NCBI GenBank assembly: GCA_017460515.1
Contig: JAFUAY010000022.1
Span: forward strand, 14,945-78,944
From: Prevotella sp.
Lineage (GTDB): Bacteria; Bacteroidota; Bacteroidia; Bacteroidales; Bacteroidaceae
Direction of reading: 5' to 3'
Length of the DNA: 64,000 nucleotides
Shown piece by piece: positions 1-10,700 of this stretch. Within the stretch, counting starts at the first letter, position 1; every line of letters starts with the position of its first letter. The notes beneath the pieces are model-generated. The model made no database searches and was not told where the DNA came from. It saw only the letters and a program-made list of their open reading frames with translations. The position numbers and the translations under genes were made by a program.

Positions 1-132
1 GGCGATAAGTACATGGTTCAGCGCTATAACGGCAATCAAGCCGTTGGCACTAAGATTGAACTGTTTAAGATTCAGAGAATAGATGAGGCTGCCCAAGCTT
101 TTGCACTTATGGTAGCCTCAAAACAGATGTAA
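1..132 (+). CDS. 3' end of a hypothetical protein (partial, enters from the left edge)
   Basis: Frame 1 is open from base 1 to TAA at 130-132 (GDKYMVQRYNGNQAVGTKIELFKIQRIDEAAQAFALMVASKQM*), convergent with the SEL1 gene. Confidence 0.5.
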   Translation, partial: GDKYMVQRYNGNQAVGTKIELFKIQRIDEAAQAFALMVASKQM

Positions 133-148
133 GGTAAAAAGAAAGACC

Positions 149-721
149 TTATTTCCCAATCAGTTTAAGAATCTCTTTAGCATCCTCGTCGCCCTCAGCA
201 GCATCCTTGCGCAGGTCGGCGAGGATTTCTTTTCCTCCCTTTTCATTTGATACGGCGCGCTTCAGCCACTTCTTGGCCTGAGCCTGATCAGCAGCAATGC
301 CCTTGCCTCTCAGATAGGCTTTGCCCAGTGCATACTCAGCTTCGGCATTCTCCATAGCGGCTGCTTTCTTAAACAGCTCGACGGCCTTCTTCCTGTCTTT
401 CTGAACACCATCGCCATCCTTATAGCAGTCGCCCAGCTCATAGATAGCTTTTGCATAGCCCTGAGCAGCCGATTTCTCATACCACTGGAAAGCCAGCTTC
501 TCGTCCTCAGCCGTTCCGCGGCCCTTCTCATAGCAGCGACCCAGACGGTACTGTGCTTTCTTATGTCCTTTCTCGGCAGCAGCCTTCAGCTTGGGGAAAG
601 CAGCCGTATAGTTCTTGGCATCATAGAGCGTCTTACCTTCTTCATAGAGTTTGTCGGCACTCTGAGCACTCGCTGTCAGTCCCATGAAGGCGAACAGCAA
701 AAACAGCAATTGTTTCTTCAT
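149..721 (-). CDS. Secreted SEL1-like repeat (TPR-like) protein
   Basis: Signal peptide MKKQLLFLLFAFMGLTASAQ; repeated SLR motifs AQYRLGRCYEKGRGT, AIYELGDCYKDGDGV, AEYALGKAYLRGKGI; start moved to ATG at 721. Confidence 0.9.
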   Translation of the reverse strand: MKKQLLFLLFAFMGLTASAQSADKLYEEGKTLYDAKNYTAAFPKLKAAAEKGHKKAQYRLGRCYEKGRGTAEDEKLAFQWYEKSAAQGYAKAIYELGDCYKDGDGVQKDRKKAVELFKKAAAMENAEAEYALGKAYLRGKGIAADQAQAKKWLKRAVSNEKGGKEILADLRKDAAEGDEDAKEILKLIGK

Positions 722-775
722 TTTCGATTTAGTTTTTGTGGATAATACTTCATTTCTTACTAATATTAAGTGGGG

Positions 776-864
776 CAAAGATAAGCGTTTTGAAGGAATT
801 GTCAAAAAGAATTAGTAAAAATAGAGATGTTTTCACTGTTTTTCGACTTTTTTTACTACCTTTG
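776..864. promoter_or_regulatory. Divergent Bacteroidetes sigma-A -7 promoter elements
   Basis: TATCTTTG on the minus strand (776-783) and TACCTTTG on the plus strand (857-864) both match the TAnnTTTG consensus. Confidence 0.7.
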
Positions 865-929
865 CCAACGAAACAACTAAATCTTAAACGGTAAACAAAG
901 GGTGGACAACCAATAACGAAAGAAGAACA

Positions 930-1865
930 ATGGCAGTTGAATCAACACGATGGGGAATCCTTTATTGTCCCAAGACTGGTGTCAGCAACAAGCGTAAGCG
1001 CTGGGAAAAGCTGAAAATGGTGCTGGATGCCCGCGGTGTGTCATACGATGTGGTGCATAGCGAGAGCTCTGACAGCGTAGACCGACTCATCACCATGCTG
1101 ATCAATAATGGCTACAAGACCATTATCATCGTGGGAGGCGACTCTGCGCTGAACGATGCCGTGAACTGCATGATGAAAGAGGAATCGCGCGTACGTGAAG
1201 AGATTGTGCTGGGCGTGATTCCAAATGGTGTCATGAACGACTTTGCCCACTTCTGGGATTTCAACGAGGATCATGACGAGCAGACGGTCGACTGGCTGCT
1301 GAAGCGCCGCATCCGTAAGGTCGACCTGGGGTGCGTTCGCTATACCAACAAGACTATGGAGCACTGTCATCGCTACTTCCTCAACTGCGTCAATATCGGT
1401 ATGACTGCCGACATCATGAATCTACGCAAGCAGACCCGCAGGATGTTCGGCTCACGCATGCTGTCCTTCCTCTCGTCACTCATCGTCATGATGTTCCACC
1501 GAATGGACTACAAGATGCGCATCCGCATCAACTCCGACGTGATAGACCGTAAGGTGATGACCGTATGCGTAGGCAACTGCACGGGCTACGGACAGACACC
1601 CAGTGCCGTTCCCTATAATGGCGAACTCGACGTCTCGGTAGTCTATACCCCAGAGGTGGTCCAACTGATTGAAGGGCTTTGGCTCCTCATCACCGGGCGC
1701 TTCCTTAACCACAGTTCCGTTCACCCCTTCCGCACCCGCGAGGTGATTATCGAAGATGCCAAGCGAGCATTGGTAGGTATCGACGGACGACTCATCAAGA
1801 CTCCCGTAGGAGAATACAAAATTCAGGTAGAACACGAGGTCATCAATTTCCTGATCCCCGTATAA
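930..1865 (+). CDS. Diacylglycerol/lipid kinase family protein (YegS/DAGK-like)
   Basis: IIIVGGDSALNDAVN, LGVIPNGVMNDFA and YFLNCVNIG motifs of the DAGK catalytic fold. Confidence 0.85.
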   Translation: MAVESTRWGILYCPKTGVSNKRKRWEKLKMVLDARGVSYDVVHSESSDSVDRLITMLINNGYKTIIIVGGDSALNDAVNCMMKEESRVREEIVLGVIPNGVMNDFAHFWDFNEDHDEQTVDWLLKRRIRKVDLGCVRYTNKTMEHCHRYFLNCVNIGMTADIMNLRKQTRRMFGSRMLSFLSSLIVMMFHRMDYKMRIRINSDVIDRKVMTVCVGNCTGYGQTPSAVPYNGELDVSVVYTPEVVQLIEGLWLLITGRFLNHSSVHPFRTREVIIEDAKRALVGIDGRLIKTPVGEYKIQVEHEVINFLIPV

Positions 1866-1876
1866 CAACACCCATC

Positions 1877-2278
1877 ATGGATATCAAAGAATTACTGAAT
1901 CGTACTGACCGCTTTGCAGCCAATGCCGGATGTCAGATTACTGAAGTTGACGAACAACATGCCGTAGCCTGCATGACGGTGACGGCCAGTCATCTGAACG
2001 GAGGGAATGTCTGTCAGGGAGGCGCTTTGTTCACACTGGCCGACCTGGCTATTGCAGCGTTGATGAATCATAGCGGACAGCTCACCTTCGGCATCAACAA
2101 CAGCATCATCTTCGTGTCGAGTGCACGCGAGGGTGACGTACTTCGTGCAGAAGCCTGTCATGTGGCTAACCATCCGAAGATTCCCTCCGTTGAAGTACGC
2201 GTAACCAATCAGGAAGGCCGCCTCATCTGTCACGTCACCGGTATGGGCTACCGCAAGGCAGTGCCCATTGACGTGTAG
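1877..2278 (+). CDS. PaaI-family hotdog thioesterase
   Basis: HLNGGNVCQGGALFTLADLA motif, 133 aa. Confidence 0.9.
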   Translation: MDIKELLNRTDRFAANAGCQITEVDEQHAVACMTVTASHLNGGNVCQGGALFTLADLAIAALMNHSGQLTFGINNSIIFVSSAREGDVLRAEACHVANHPKIPSVEVRVTNQEGRLICHVTGMGYRKAVPIDV

Positions 2279-2320
2279 GTATCGCATTCGTTAGTGATTA
2301 TAATACCACCATTCCATGCA

Positions 2321-2386
2321 AATCCATAGAGTTAGCACTCGTAATCAATAGAGTTAGCACTCGTAATCCTATTGATTACAATAGCT
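2321..2386. repeat. 22-bp tandem repeat with embedded inverted repeat
   Basis: AATCCATAGAGTTAGCACTCGT / AATCAATAGAGTTAGCACTCGT / degenerate third unit; GTAATCAATAG (2341-2351) is the reverse complement of CTATTGATTAC (2369-2379). Confidence 0.85.
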
Positions 2387-2500
2387 AAACATGGTGTTTA
2401 TCATCCAAAAACTGAATAAAGTATAAAAAATGAGGGGGAAAGAATCGTGGTTACGATATTATTCTTACCTTTACCGTCGCATTTAAAACTATTGAGACCA

Positions 2501-3460
2501 ATGAAAGTAAAAATGATGATGACAGCAGTGCTGTGCTGCGTGATGACCTTTACCACAGCAAATGCACAGAGCAAAAGTGAGGAGATTCTGAAAGAGGCGG
2601 AAAGACTGGCTAAGATGGCTGACGAGAACCCGAATGACGGTAAGATGCAGTACAGGGCTGCCACTGGCTTCATCCAGAATGAACTGGGCGAGAAGAGAGA
2701 CCTGGACCGTTCGCTGATGTATGCACTACGCGCACTGAAGATTGCTGAAGAGGCTCCCGCACTCAAAGACACGCTGATGGGACTGACATGCCTGCATCTG
2801 GGAATGACCTACATGCAGAAGAACGACATGGAGAAATGTTTCGAATACCTGGAAAGGGCGACAGATGCATTCGAACAGGAACTGGGACGACACGACCCAG
2901 TGACCAACGGCTCAAAGCTGGTCTATTCTGGATTCATACTGGGAGCACAGCCCTTCCGCGCCTTCCCGAAGATTCTGGAGGCTTTCTATGACAACAACTT
3001 CGCTCCGAAGGATAAGCAAATCACCAATATGGAAGAGGCTACCATCATGGAGGAGCTTACCATAGAGATGCTGATATCCCAATACACACAGCGCTATCGC
3101 TATGCGCTGCCTACCGTATGGTACGAGGGTAAGCAGTACCTGATTGTGCAGACGGCTGACTGGTGCGTGGAGAAGCCTCTCGTAGGATGGATGGTGCCGA
3201 ACATGATGCGTTCGGAGGAGGAACGGAAGAACCACAAGGGCGACGACGTGATTCTTGCCGATGACAAGTTCCAGTTCAAGGTGCTGGGAGAGCAGGAGAA
3301 GAAGAACCTGAACTTTACCTACAACTTCAAGCACTTCTTGAACAACCCGCGCCAACTGGAGACGAATCCAGGTGAGGCCCGCATCGTCTTCTTCAACAAC
3401 CCTGCCCAGTACAACGACCTGGTTGCGAAGTTCCGCGAGTTTAAAGCGAAAAACAAATAA
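2501..3460 (+). CDS. Secreted hypothetical protein with TPR-like helical N-terminal region
   Basis: Signal peptide MKVKMMMTAVLCCVMTFTTANAQ; TPR-like segment LTCLHLGMTYMQKNDMEKCFEYLERA. Confidence 0.7.
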   Translation: MKVKMMMTAVLCCVMTFTTANAQSKSEEILKEAERLAKMADENPNDGKMQYRAATGFIQNELGEKRDLDRSLMYALRALKIAEEAPALKDTLMGLTCLHLGMTYMQKNDMEKCFEYLERATDAFEQELGRHDPVTNGSKLVYSGFILGAQPFRAFPKILEAFYDNNFAPKDKQITNMEEATIMEELTIEMLISQYTQRYRYALPTVWYEGKQYLIVQTADWCVEKPLVGWMVPNMMRSEEERKNHKGDDVILADDKFQFKVLGEQEKKNLNFTYNFKHFLNNPRQLETNPGEARIVFFNNPAQYNDLVAKFREFKAKNK

Positions 3461-3461
3461 A

Positions 3462-3507
3462 CTCAGAGAGAGAGGTCAGCCACTTTCAGCTGACACTCTT
3501 TCCTGAG
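3462..3507. terminator. Hairpin between convergent genes, probable terminator
   Basis: Inner stem GTCAGC/GCTGAC within outer CTCAG...CTGAG. Confidence 0.45.
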
Positions 3508-3539
3508 ACGCTCGTATTCCTCAATCTCTCTTTCGAACA

Positions 3540-5144
3540 TTACTCCCACTCAATAGTTGCAGGCGGCTTAGAGGAGATATCGTAACAGACGCGGTTGACG
3601 CCACGCACCTTATTGATAATCTCGTTGGATACCTTCGCCATAAACTCGTAAGGCAGATGGGCCCAGTCGGCTGTCATCGCATCGGTAGAGGTGACGGCAC
3701 GCAGGGCAACTGGATGCTCGTAGGTACGCTCATCGCCCATGACGCCCACACTGCGGACGGTAGCAAGGAGGATGGCACCAGCCTGCCAGATCTGGTCGTA
3801 GAGAGACACTTCAATCTCACCGTCCTGCATCTCAGCAGGAACACCAGCAGCCAGTACACGACGCGCCTCTTCGCCAGAGAGTTTCACCTTATAGTCACGC
3901 AGTCCGCGGATATAGATATCATCGGCATCCTGCAGGATACGTACTCGTTCAGGGGTGATATCGCCCAGGATACGGACAGCAAGACCAGGACCGGGGAAGG
4001 GATGACGGGTGATGAGATGCTCAGGCATACCGAGCTGTCGACCCACACGACGCACCTCGTCCTTGAACAGCCACTTCAGCGGTTCACAGAGCTGCAGGTT
4101 CATCTCCTTGGGCAGTCCGCCCACGTTATGATGACTCTTGATGACCTTACCGGTGATATTCAATGACTCGATACGGTCGGGGTAGATAGTGCCCTGTGCA
4201 AGCCATTTGGCATCGGTGATTTTCTTGGCTTCCTCGTTGAACACCTCAACGAAATCGCGACCTATTATCTTACGCTTCTGCTCTGGGTCGCTGACGCCTG
4301 CAAGGTCGGCAAAGAACTTCTCGCTGGCATCCACGCCAATCACGTTGAGGCCCAGACAGCGGTAGTCTTCCATGACCTGCGTGAACTCGTTCTTGCGAAG
4401 CATACCATGATCAACGAAGATACAAGTGAGGCGATCGCCGATGGCCTTGTTGAGCAGTACGGCAGCCACACTGGAGTCGACACCACCGCTCAGGCCCAGG
4501 ATGACACGATCATTGCCTACTTGCGCTTTCAGCTCAGCTACAGTAGTGTCAACGAACGAGGCTGCACTCCACTCCTGACGGGAGCCACAGATATCAACCA
4601 CGAAATTCTTCAGCAGCTGAGTGCCCTGAAGGGTATGGAACACCTCAGGATGGAACTGGACGGCCCAGATACCCTTGGCACTCCAGAAGGCGGCGTTGGT
4701 GACGTCCTTGGTAGAGCCAATGACGCTGAAGCCTTCAGGGATGGCGGTGATGGTGTCACCATGCGACATCCATACCTGAGAGTGCTGATCGAAGCCCTTG
4801 AAGAGCGGGTTCGTGGTATCTACCGTCTGCAGGTTGGCACGTCCATACTCGCGTGAGTCGGCTTTCTCAACCTTACCACCCAGGGTGTGGGAGATGAACT
4901 GGGCACCGTAGCAGATGCCGAGCACCGGCACACGTCCTACGAACTGGCTCAGGTCAACCTTGAAGGCCTCCGGGTCATGAACAGAGAAAGGCGAACCGCT
5001 CAGAATGACACCAATCACGGAGTCGTCGCCCACAGGGAACTTGTTGTAAGGAAGAATCTCACAGAAGGTGTCCAGCTCGCGGACACGGCGGCCAATGAGC
5101 TGCGTGGTCTGCGAACCGAAGTCTAGAATAATAATCTTTTGCAT
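3540..5144 (-). CDS. guaA: GMP synthase (glutamine-hydrolysing)
   Basis: [60 protein letters not shown]. Confidence 0.98.
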   Translation of the reverse strand: MQKIIILDFGSQTTQLIGRRVRELDTFCEILPYNKFPVGDDSVIGVILSGSPFSVHDPEAFKVDLSQFVGRVPVLGICYGAQFISHTLGGKVEKADSREYGRANLQTVDTTNPLFKGFDQHSQVWMSHGDTITAIPEGFSVIGSTKDVTNAAFWSAKGIWAVQFHPEVFHTLQGTQLLKNFVVDICGSRQEWSAASFVDTTVAELKAQVGNDRVILGLSGGVDSSVAAVLLNKAIGDRLTCIFVDHGMLRKNEFTQVMEDYRCLGLNVIGVDASEKFFADLAGVSDPEQKRKIIGRDFVEVFNEEAKKITDAKWLAQGTIYPDRIESLNITGKVIKSHHNVGGLPKEMNLQLCEPLKWLFKDEVRRVGRQLGMPEHLITRHPFPGPGLAVRILGDITPERVRILQDADDIYIRGLRDYKVKLSGEEARRVLAAGVPAEMQDGEIEVSLYDQIWQAGAILLATVRSVGVMGDERTYEHPVALRAVTSTDAMTADWAHLPYEFMAKVSNEIINKVRGVNRVCYDISSKPPATIEWE

Positions 5145-5227
5145 CGTCTGTTATCTAAATAATTCGAAGATGGCTGCAAAGGTAATGTAAAAAATCGGAA
5201 TAGCCAAAGTTCTTTTCGTTTTTTGTC

Positions 5228-6010
5228 TTAGAAAGACATCGCGAAGCGCTCAGCCGCTTCAAGGGAGTCGAGTTTGCCCACGTCAAGCATCTGGAGATCG
5301 TTCTTCACCACACCCATAATCTTGGAACGGTGACATACACTGAGGTAGAAGTCAATGATGGGGAAACGATCGGGGAAGCGGTCCATCAGTGGGAAGAGAC
5401 GGGGCGAGAAGCTATGGATGCCAGAGAAGGCGAAGGCGTGAAGTGGAGAGTGGAGAGTGTTTACCACTACGTTCAGGTCGTCATCGATGGCGACGTCTGC
5501 CTCACGGAGCCAGGGGAAGGGCGACTTGACCTCGCCTGTCTCACGATTGATCCAGCCCATCAGTCGCATGCCGCTGTCGAAGAGCAGGTAGCGCTTGGTC
5601 TGACGACGACTGACCAGCAGCACTGCATCCTCCTCAGGCAGGTGCTGACGCGAGAACCAGCCGTAGTCGACATTATCCAGGATATCGACATTATGGATCA
5701 GAATAGGCGTCTGGTCATCGAAGAGACCCTGTGCCTTCTTCAGTCCCCCACCCGTTTCGAGCAACTGGTCGCTCTCATCGCTGAAACGTACCAGCGGGGC
5801 ATAATCCTGTTGAGCCACGTGGTCGACAATCATCTGGGCAAAGTGATGGATATTCACCACAAAACGGTTATAACCCTGCTCATGCAGACGATGGATAATC
5901 AAATCGATGAGGGGCTTTCCTCCTACAGGTACGAGAGCCTTGGGCATCGTATCGGTGAGAGGCTTGAGACGGGTTCCCAGGCCCGCTGCGAAAATCATGG
6001 ATTGGTTCAT
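5228..6010 (-). CDS. Nucleotidyltransferase, MurU-like (MurNAc-1-phosphate uridylyltransferase)
   Basis: MIFAAGLGTRLKPLTDTMPKAL and LLETGGG motifs; 4-bp overlap with the upstream AmgK-like gene. Confidence 0.8.
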   Translation of the reverse strand: MNQSMIFAAGLGTRLKPLTDTMPKALVPVGGKPLIDLIIHRLHEQGYNRFVVNIHHFAQMIVDHVAQQDYAPLVRFSDESDQLLETGGGLKKAQGLFDDQTPILIHNVDILDNVDYGWFSRQHLPEEDAVLLVSRRQTKRYLLFDSGMRLMGWINRETGEVKSPFPWLREADVAIDDDLNVVVNTLHSPLHAFAFSGIHSFSPRLFPLMDRFPDRFPIIDFYLSVCHRSKIMGVVKNDLQMLDVGKLDSLEAAERFAMSF

Positions 6011-7539
6011 TTTGCCTCAAGTATTTGGGTAATATTCTGTTCGCGATGGCAGACATGCACCTCAATGCCGAACTTCTCGTGGATATACTCAGCAAGATGC
6101 TGGGCACTGTAGACGGAACGGTGCTGACCACCCGTACAGCCAAAGCAGAACATCAGCGAGGTGAAGCCGCGCTGCATATAACGGGTCACATGGACATCAG
6201 CCAGCTTATAGACGCTATCGAGGAAGGTAAGAATCTCGCCATCGTCCTCTAAGAAGCGGATGACTGGCTCGTCAAGACCCGTGAGCTGCTTATACGGCTC
6301 ATAACGTCCGGGGTTATGGGTGGAACGACAGTCGAAGACATAACCGCCACCATTGCCACTCTCATCTTCGGGAATGCCCTTCGTATAAGAGAAACTGAAC
6401 ACACGCACTACGAGGGGACCCTTGCCATCGTACTTAGAGAACGTGGCGAGTCCGTCCTTCGGATGGGCGTTATAGGGGTTCAAGTCGGTAGTCTTATAAC
6501 CATCGGCGCGACGCTGTGCCACCACTTCAATCTGGCGGAACTGAGGCAGGTCGCAGAGGCGCTGGAGCACCTCACAGAGATAAGGATAAGGCAGGTCGCC
6601 ACTGGCCAGCAGTTCACGCAGGTTCTGAATGGCGGGCGGGATGCTCTTGATGAAGTGCTGCTTGCGCTCAAAATAACCGCGGAAGCCGTAGGCGCCAAGT
6701 ACCTGAAGGGTGCGGAAGAACACAAACAGGCGCAGACGACGGTCGAAGACATCGCGTTTGGGCATCTCAGTGAACTGCTGAGCTGCCTCATAATAGTCGT
6801 TGAGCAGTTCCTGGCGCAACTTGTCGGGATAGCGGGCTGAAGCCTGCCAAAGGAAAGAAGCCAGATCATAATAATAAGGTCCGCGACGACCTCCCTGGAA
6901 GTCAATGAAACGGACACTCCCTTCTGAAAGCATCACATTGCGCGCCTGGAAATCACGGTAGAGAAAGCTGTCGCACTTCTCAGTAGTGAGATCCTTGGCC
7001 AACAGGCGGAAGTCGGCTTCCAACTTCAGCTCATGGAAATCGAGTTCGGTAGCCTTCAAGAAACAGTACTTGAAATAGTTCAGGTCAAAGAGCACACCAT
7101 CAATGTCGAACTCGGCCTGAGGATAGCACTGCGTAAAGTCGAGCTCAAGGGCACCACGGAACTGGATGTTTGGAAGTTCACGAATCGTACTCTTCAGGAG
7201 CTCTTTCTCACTGACGGTATAACGGCCTCCTGCCTCACGACCACCCTGGATGGCATTGAAGAGTGACACACTGCCCAGGTCGGTCTGGATATAGCGCAAT
7301 TCATCATCACTGACAGCAAACACCTGTGGAACAGGCAGTTGGCGCTTAGTGAAATGTTGCGCAAGATAGATGAATGCATGATTTTCATCACGACTGGTGC
7401 CTACACAACCAATGACACTTTGACCTTCGTCATCAGTCATTCGATAGTAAACACGGTTACTGCCAGAGCCTGGAAGTTGCTCGGTATGAAGGGGCTCAGA
7501 ACCCTTCCATTGGGTATAAAGTTCGATAAGTTTCTGCAT
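6007..7539 (-). CDS. AmgK-like aminosugar phosphotransferase fused to a RapZ C-terminal domain
   Basis: APH-fold motifs GSGSNRVYYR, YRDFQARNVM, FIDFQGGRRG; C-terminal VFSFSYTKG, VFDCRS, FGCTGGQHRSV are RapZ-C hallmarks. Confidence 0.85.
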   Translation of the reverse strand: MQKLIELYTQWKGSEPLHTEQLPGSGSNRVYYRMTDDEGQSVIGCVGTSRDENHAFIYLAQHFTKRQLPVPQVFAVSDDELRYIQTDLGSVSLFNAIQGGREAGGRYTVSEKELLKSTIRELPNIQFRGALELDFTQCYPQAEFDIDGVLFDLNYFKYCFLKATELDFHELKLEADFRLLAKDLTTEKCDSFLYRDFQARNVMLSEGSVRFIDFQGGRRGPYYYDLASFLWQASARYPDKLRQELLNDYYEAAQQFTEMPKRDVFDRRLRLFVFFRTLQVLGAYGFRGYFERKQHFIKSIPPAIQNLRELLASGDLPYPYLCEVLQRLCDLPQFRQIEVVAQRRADGYKTTDLNPYNAHPKDGLATFSKYDGKGPLVVRVFSFSYTKGIPEDESGNGGGYVFDCRSTHNPGRYEPYKQLTGLDEPVIRFLEDDGEILTFLDSVYKLADVHVTRYMQRGFTSLMFCFGCTGGQHRSVYSAQHLAEYIHEKFGIEVHVCHREQNITQILEAK

Positions 7540-7724
7540 ATTCAGCGCAAAATTACAAAATGGCGTGGACAGAAAAGTACAGAAGACGTTAATTTATACT
7601 AATTGCATATTCATCTTTTCTATAATTGTCGTATTTTTGCAGAAAAATTGAGGAAAAGGAGGAGAAAGAGGAGAAAGAATAGAAATCAGAGTCCAAAAGT
7701 GATAGGAGGAATTGTGAAAGAATT

Positions 7725-10700
7725 ATGAAAAGATTAGCGATAACGATGCTGATGCTGCTGACAGCTATAGTGACAATGCAGGCAGCAAAAATCAGCGAAC
7801 AGACAGTACGAGCCAGGGCTAAAGCCTTTATGCAGGCCCGCGGACACAAGATGAATGCCACGGGAATCAAGAACGTGAAACGAAAGCAAGCACGACAGTC
7901 AGCGGAGACGGAGGCTTACTTTCACATTTTTAATATAGGAGAAAACAGCGGATTCATCGTCATGAGCGGTGATGACCGAATGGTGGAGGTGCTGGCTTAT
8001 AGCGACAGTGGATCGGTGGATGCAGACAATATGCCCGAAGCACTGCAATCGCTTCTGGAGGGCTACGCAGAACAAGGAGCATGGATTGAGGAGCACCCGT
8101 CTGCAGCGGAAGCAGCGGAACAGGCTGCACACCAGCAACAGCGAAGGGCTCCACGAACAGCCATCACCCCGATGATCAGCACACGATGGAACCAGGGCAC
8201 TCCCTATAACCTGTACTGTCCGGTGACAGCTGACACCCGAACGGTTACAGGATGCGTGGCTACGAGTATGGCACAGGTGATGTACTACTACCGGTATCCC
8301 GCCAGTTCACTAGCTCTCGACGGATTCACCACCCGCAACGGAAAGTTCACCCTGGACGCGCTGGACGCAACTACCTTTGACTGGGCTAACATGCAGCTTA
8401 CCTATACTAATAGCGAGGATACGGAGAATGCTGCCAACAGAGCCATAGCTACCCTGATGCAGTACTGCGGATGGGCACTGCAGATGAACTACAACATTGC
8501 TGCTGCTGGCGGATCATCAGCCTACAACGTGAACATTGCTACCGCGCTGAAGACGTACTTCGGCTATGACAACACGGCGGAATACATACAGCGAAAGTTC
8601 TTCAGCTATACCGACTGGATAGAACTTATCTACAACGAACTGGCAGCGGGAAGACCTGTCGTACTGGGCGGACAGTCGATAGGCGGAGGACACTCGTTTG
8701 TGTGTGACGGCTATCAGGCTGACGACTTCTTCCACATCAACTGGGGATGGGGAGGCTCGTCTGACGGATACTTCCGACTGTCAGCACTGAACCCCTACGA
8801 CCAGGGCATCGGAGGCAGTTCGACACTCGACGGGTTCAGCTATTCACAGGAGGCCATCATCGGCATCAAGCCTGACACAAACGTTCCACATACGCCTCAG
8901 CAGTGTCTGTCGCTGGAGGGCTTTCAGTTTACCGACGCTGACGACAGCTATACCCGTATTTTCTACAGAGAAAACGAAACTGACGACTTCACCAGCGTGC
9001 CGCTATACCTGATACTCTGCGACTACCTGTTTGGAGGCAGCAGCTACGACGTGGCACTGCAGTTCCTCAACGACGACGGAAACGTGGCTGAACAGATCAG
9101 CCTCCAGGAGAACCTGTCCACCACGTTCAACAGCAACGTCAACTTCAACAGTACCATCACCATTCCTGCCTCATTAGCCAACGGGACGTATCGTATGAGG
9201 ATTGTTTCACGCACGCACGGAGAGAGCTACTGGCAGCCCTGCATGTTGGCCGAATACCTGCAGATGAGAGCAGTGGTGGATAACCTGCAACTGACACTGA
9301 CCAGTCTGACGACTGTCAGTACCAGTGCTTCTCCCACCTGTACCGCCATCAAGACAGAAGCCACCATCACCAAAGGAATCGAGACAGAAATCACTGCCTC
9401 GCTAACTGGCAGCACATTGGACTATCACGACATGCTCTTCCTCTACGTTGACGGAAAACCAGTTATGGGCAAGCATGTGGATATCGCTGCTGGCAAAGAG
9501 GCGAACGTGCATTTCGCCTTTATTCCCAAGACTGTTGGCACGAACACCCTGGACATCCGTAACAACAAACGAGTCTCACTGCTGACGAAAAATGTTGACG
9601 TCACTGCCAGCGATGCTACCGACGAGCTGACACTGACAATGACACCCGCCATCAGCAACCTGGACGGCTCCAACCTGTATGGCAATGCAGTATGGGCCAC
9701 AGTGAATATCGTTAACCCCTCGACAACCAACAGCTACGCGGGCTACGTGGGTTGCTACCTGCGTATCTATAGCGATGAGGTAAACTACACCTCACAACTC
9801 TACCGGAAACTAGTAGTTATAGACAAGGAGAACAGCATTGACATGCCCATCACCTTTGAAGGACTGGAGGTGGGTGGCACCTACCAGTTGCGCTTCGTCT
9901 ACCAGCAGACCCAACTTGTTGACGAGAAAAAGGTAACGAAGTATGCAGAAGGACACATCACCGAGAAACTGACGATGACGGAGGGCTACACCACCTGGCT
10001 GGCTGACGGGACAACTATCGTACAGCCCCTGACAACATCTATCGATGCTGGCAGTGCCCGATGCATGGACCTGCGCGCCATCAGCAATCCAAGCGCGCTG
10101 AACATCACCCGCAGTACGAACCCCAACTGCCTGTATCTCTTTGCGGAGGGAGCTACCCTACCCGACGGCTTCAGCGAGACCAACGTGGTGAAGGGAACAA
10201 CTTCAGAAGAGATTGTGCTCAGCGATGGCTATGAGTTCTACGCCCCCATCGACTTCACCGCCACAGAGATCAGCTACACCCGTACGTTCACCCTGGCCGC
10301 CAACGGTAGCTACGGATGGAGCACCATTCTGCTGCCCTTCGATGTTGAAACGGTAAAGGCGGGCGAAAAGACTGTTGACTGGTTCCACCACTCAGCAGAT
10401 ACCGGTAAGAACTTCTGGCTGAGAGCCTTCACTGGCGACGGGACAGGACGCGTGTACTTCGACTACGCCAGCACGTTCAGTGCCAACACACCCTACCTGA
10501 TTGCCGTTCCTGACGACCGATGGGGAGAGGAGTGGCAGATGACGGGTAAGAGCGTCACCTTCAGTGGCAGCAGCGCCGCTGTCAAAGCCAGCAGCGTCAG
10601 CACATTGAGTGGCAACAACTATAAGTTCTGTGGAGCAACCACCTCACAGACCCTCACTGACGTATATGCCCTGAACGAGGATGACGGTACGAAACCTGGT

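Noticed and set aside
2321-2386. Possible mini-CRISPR
   Set aside because: Units are contiguous with no unique spacers and no cas genes in the window
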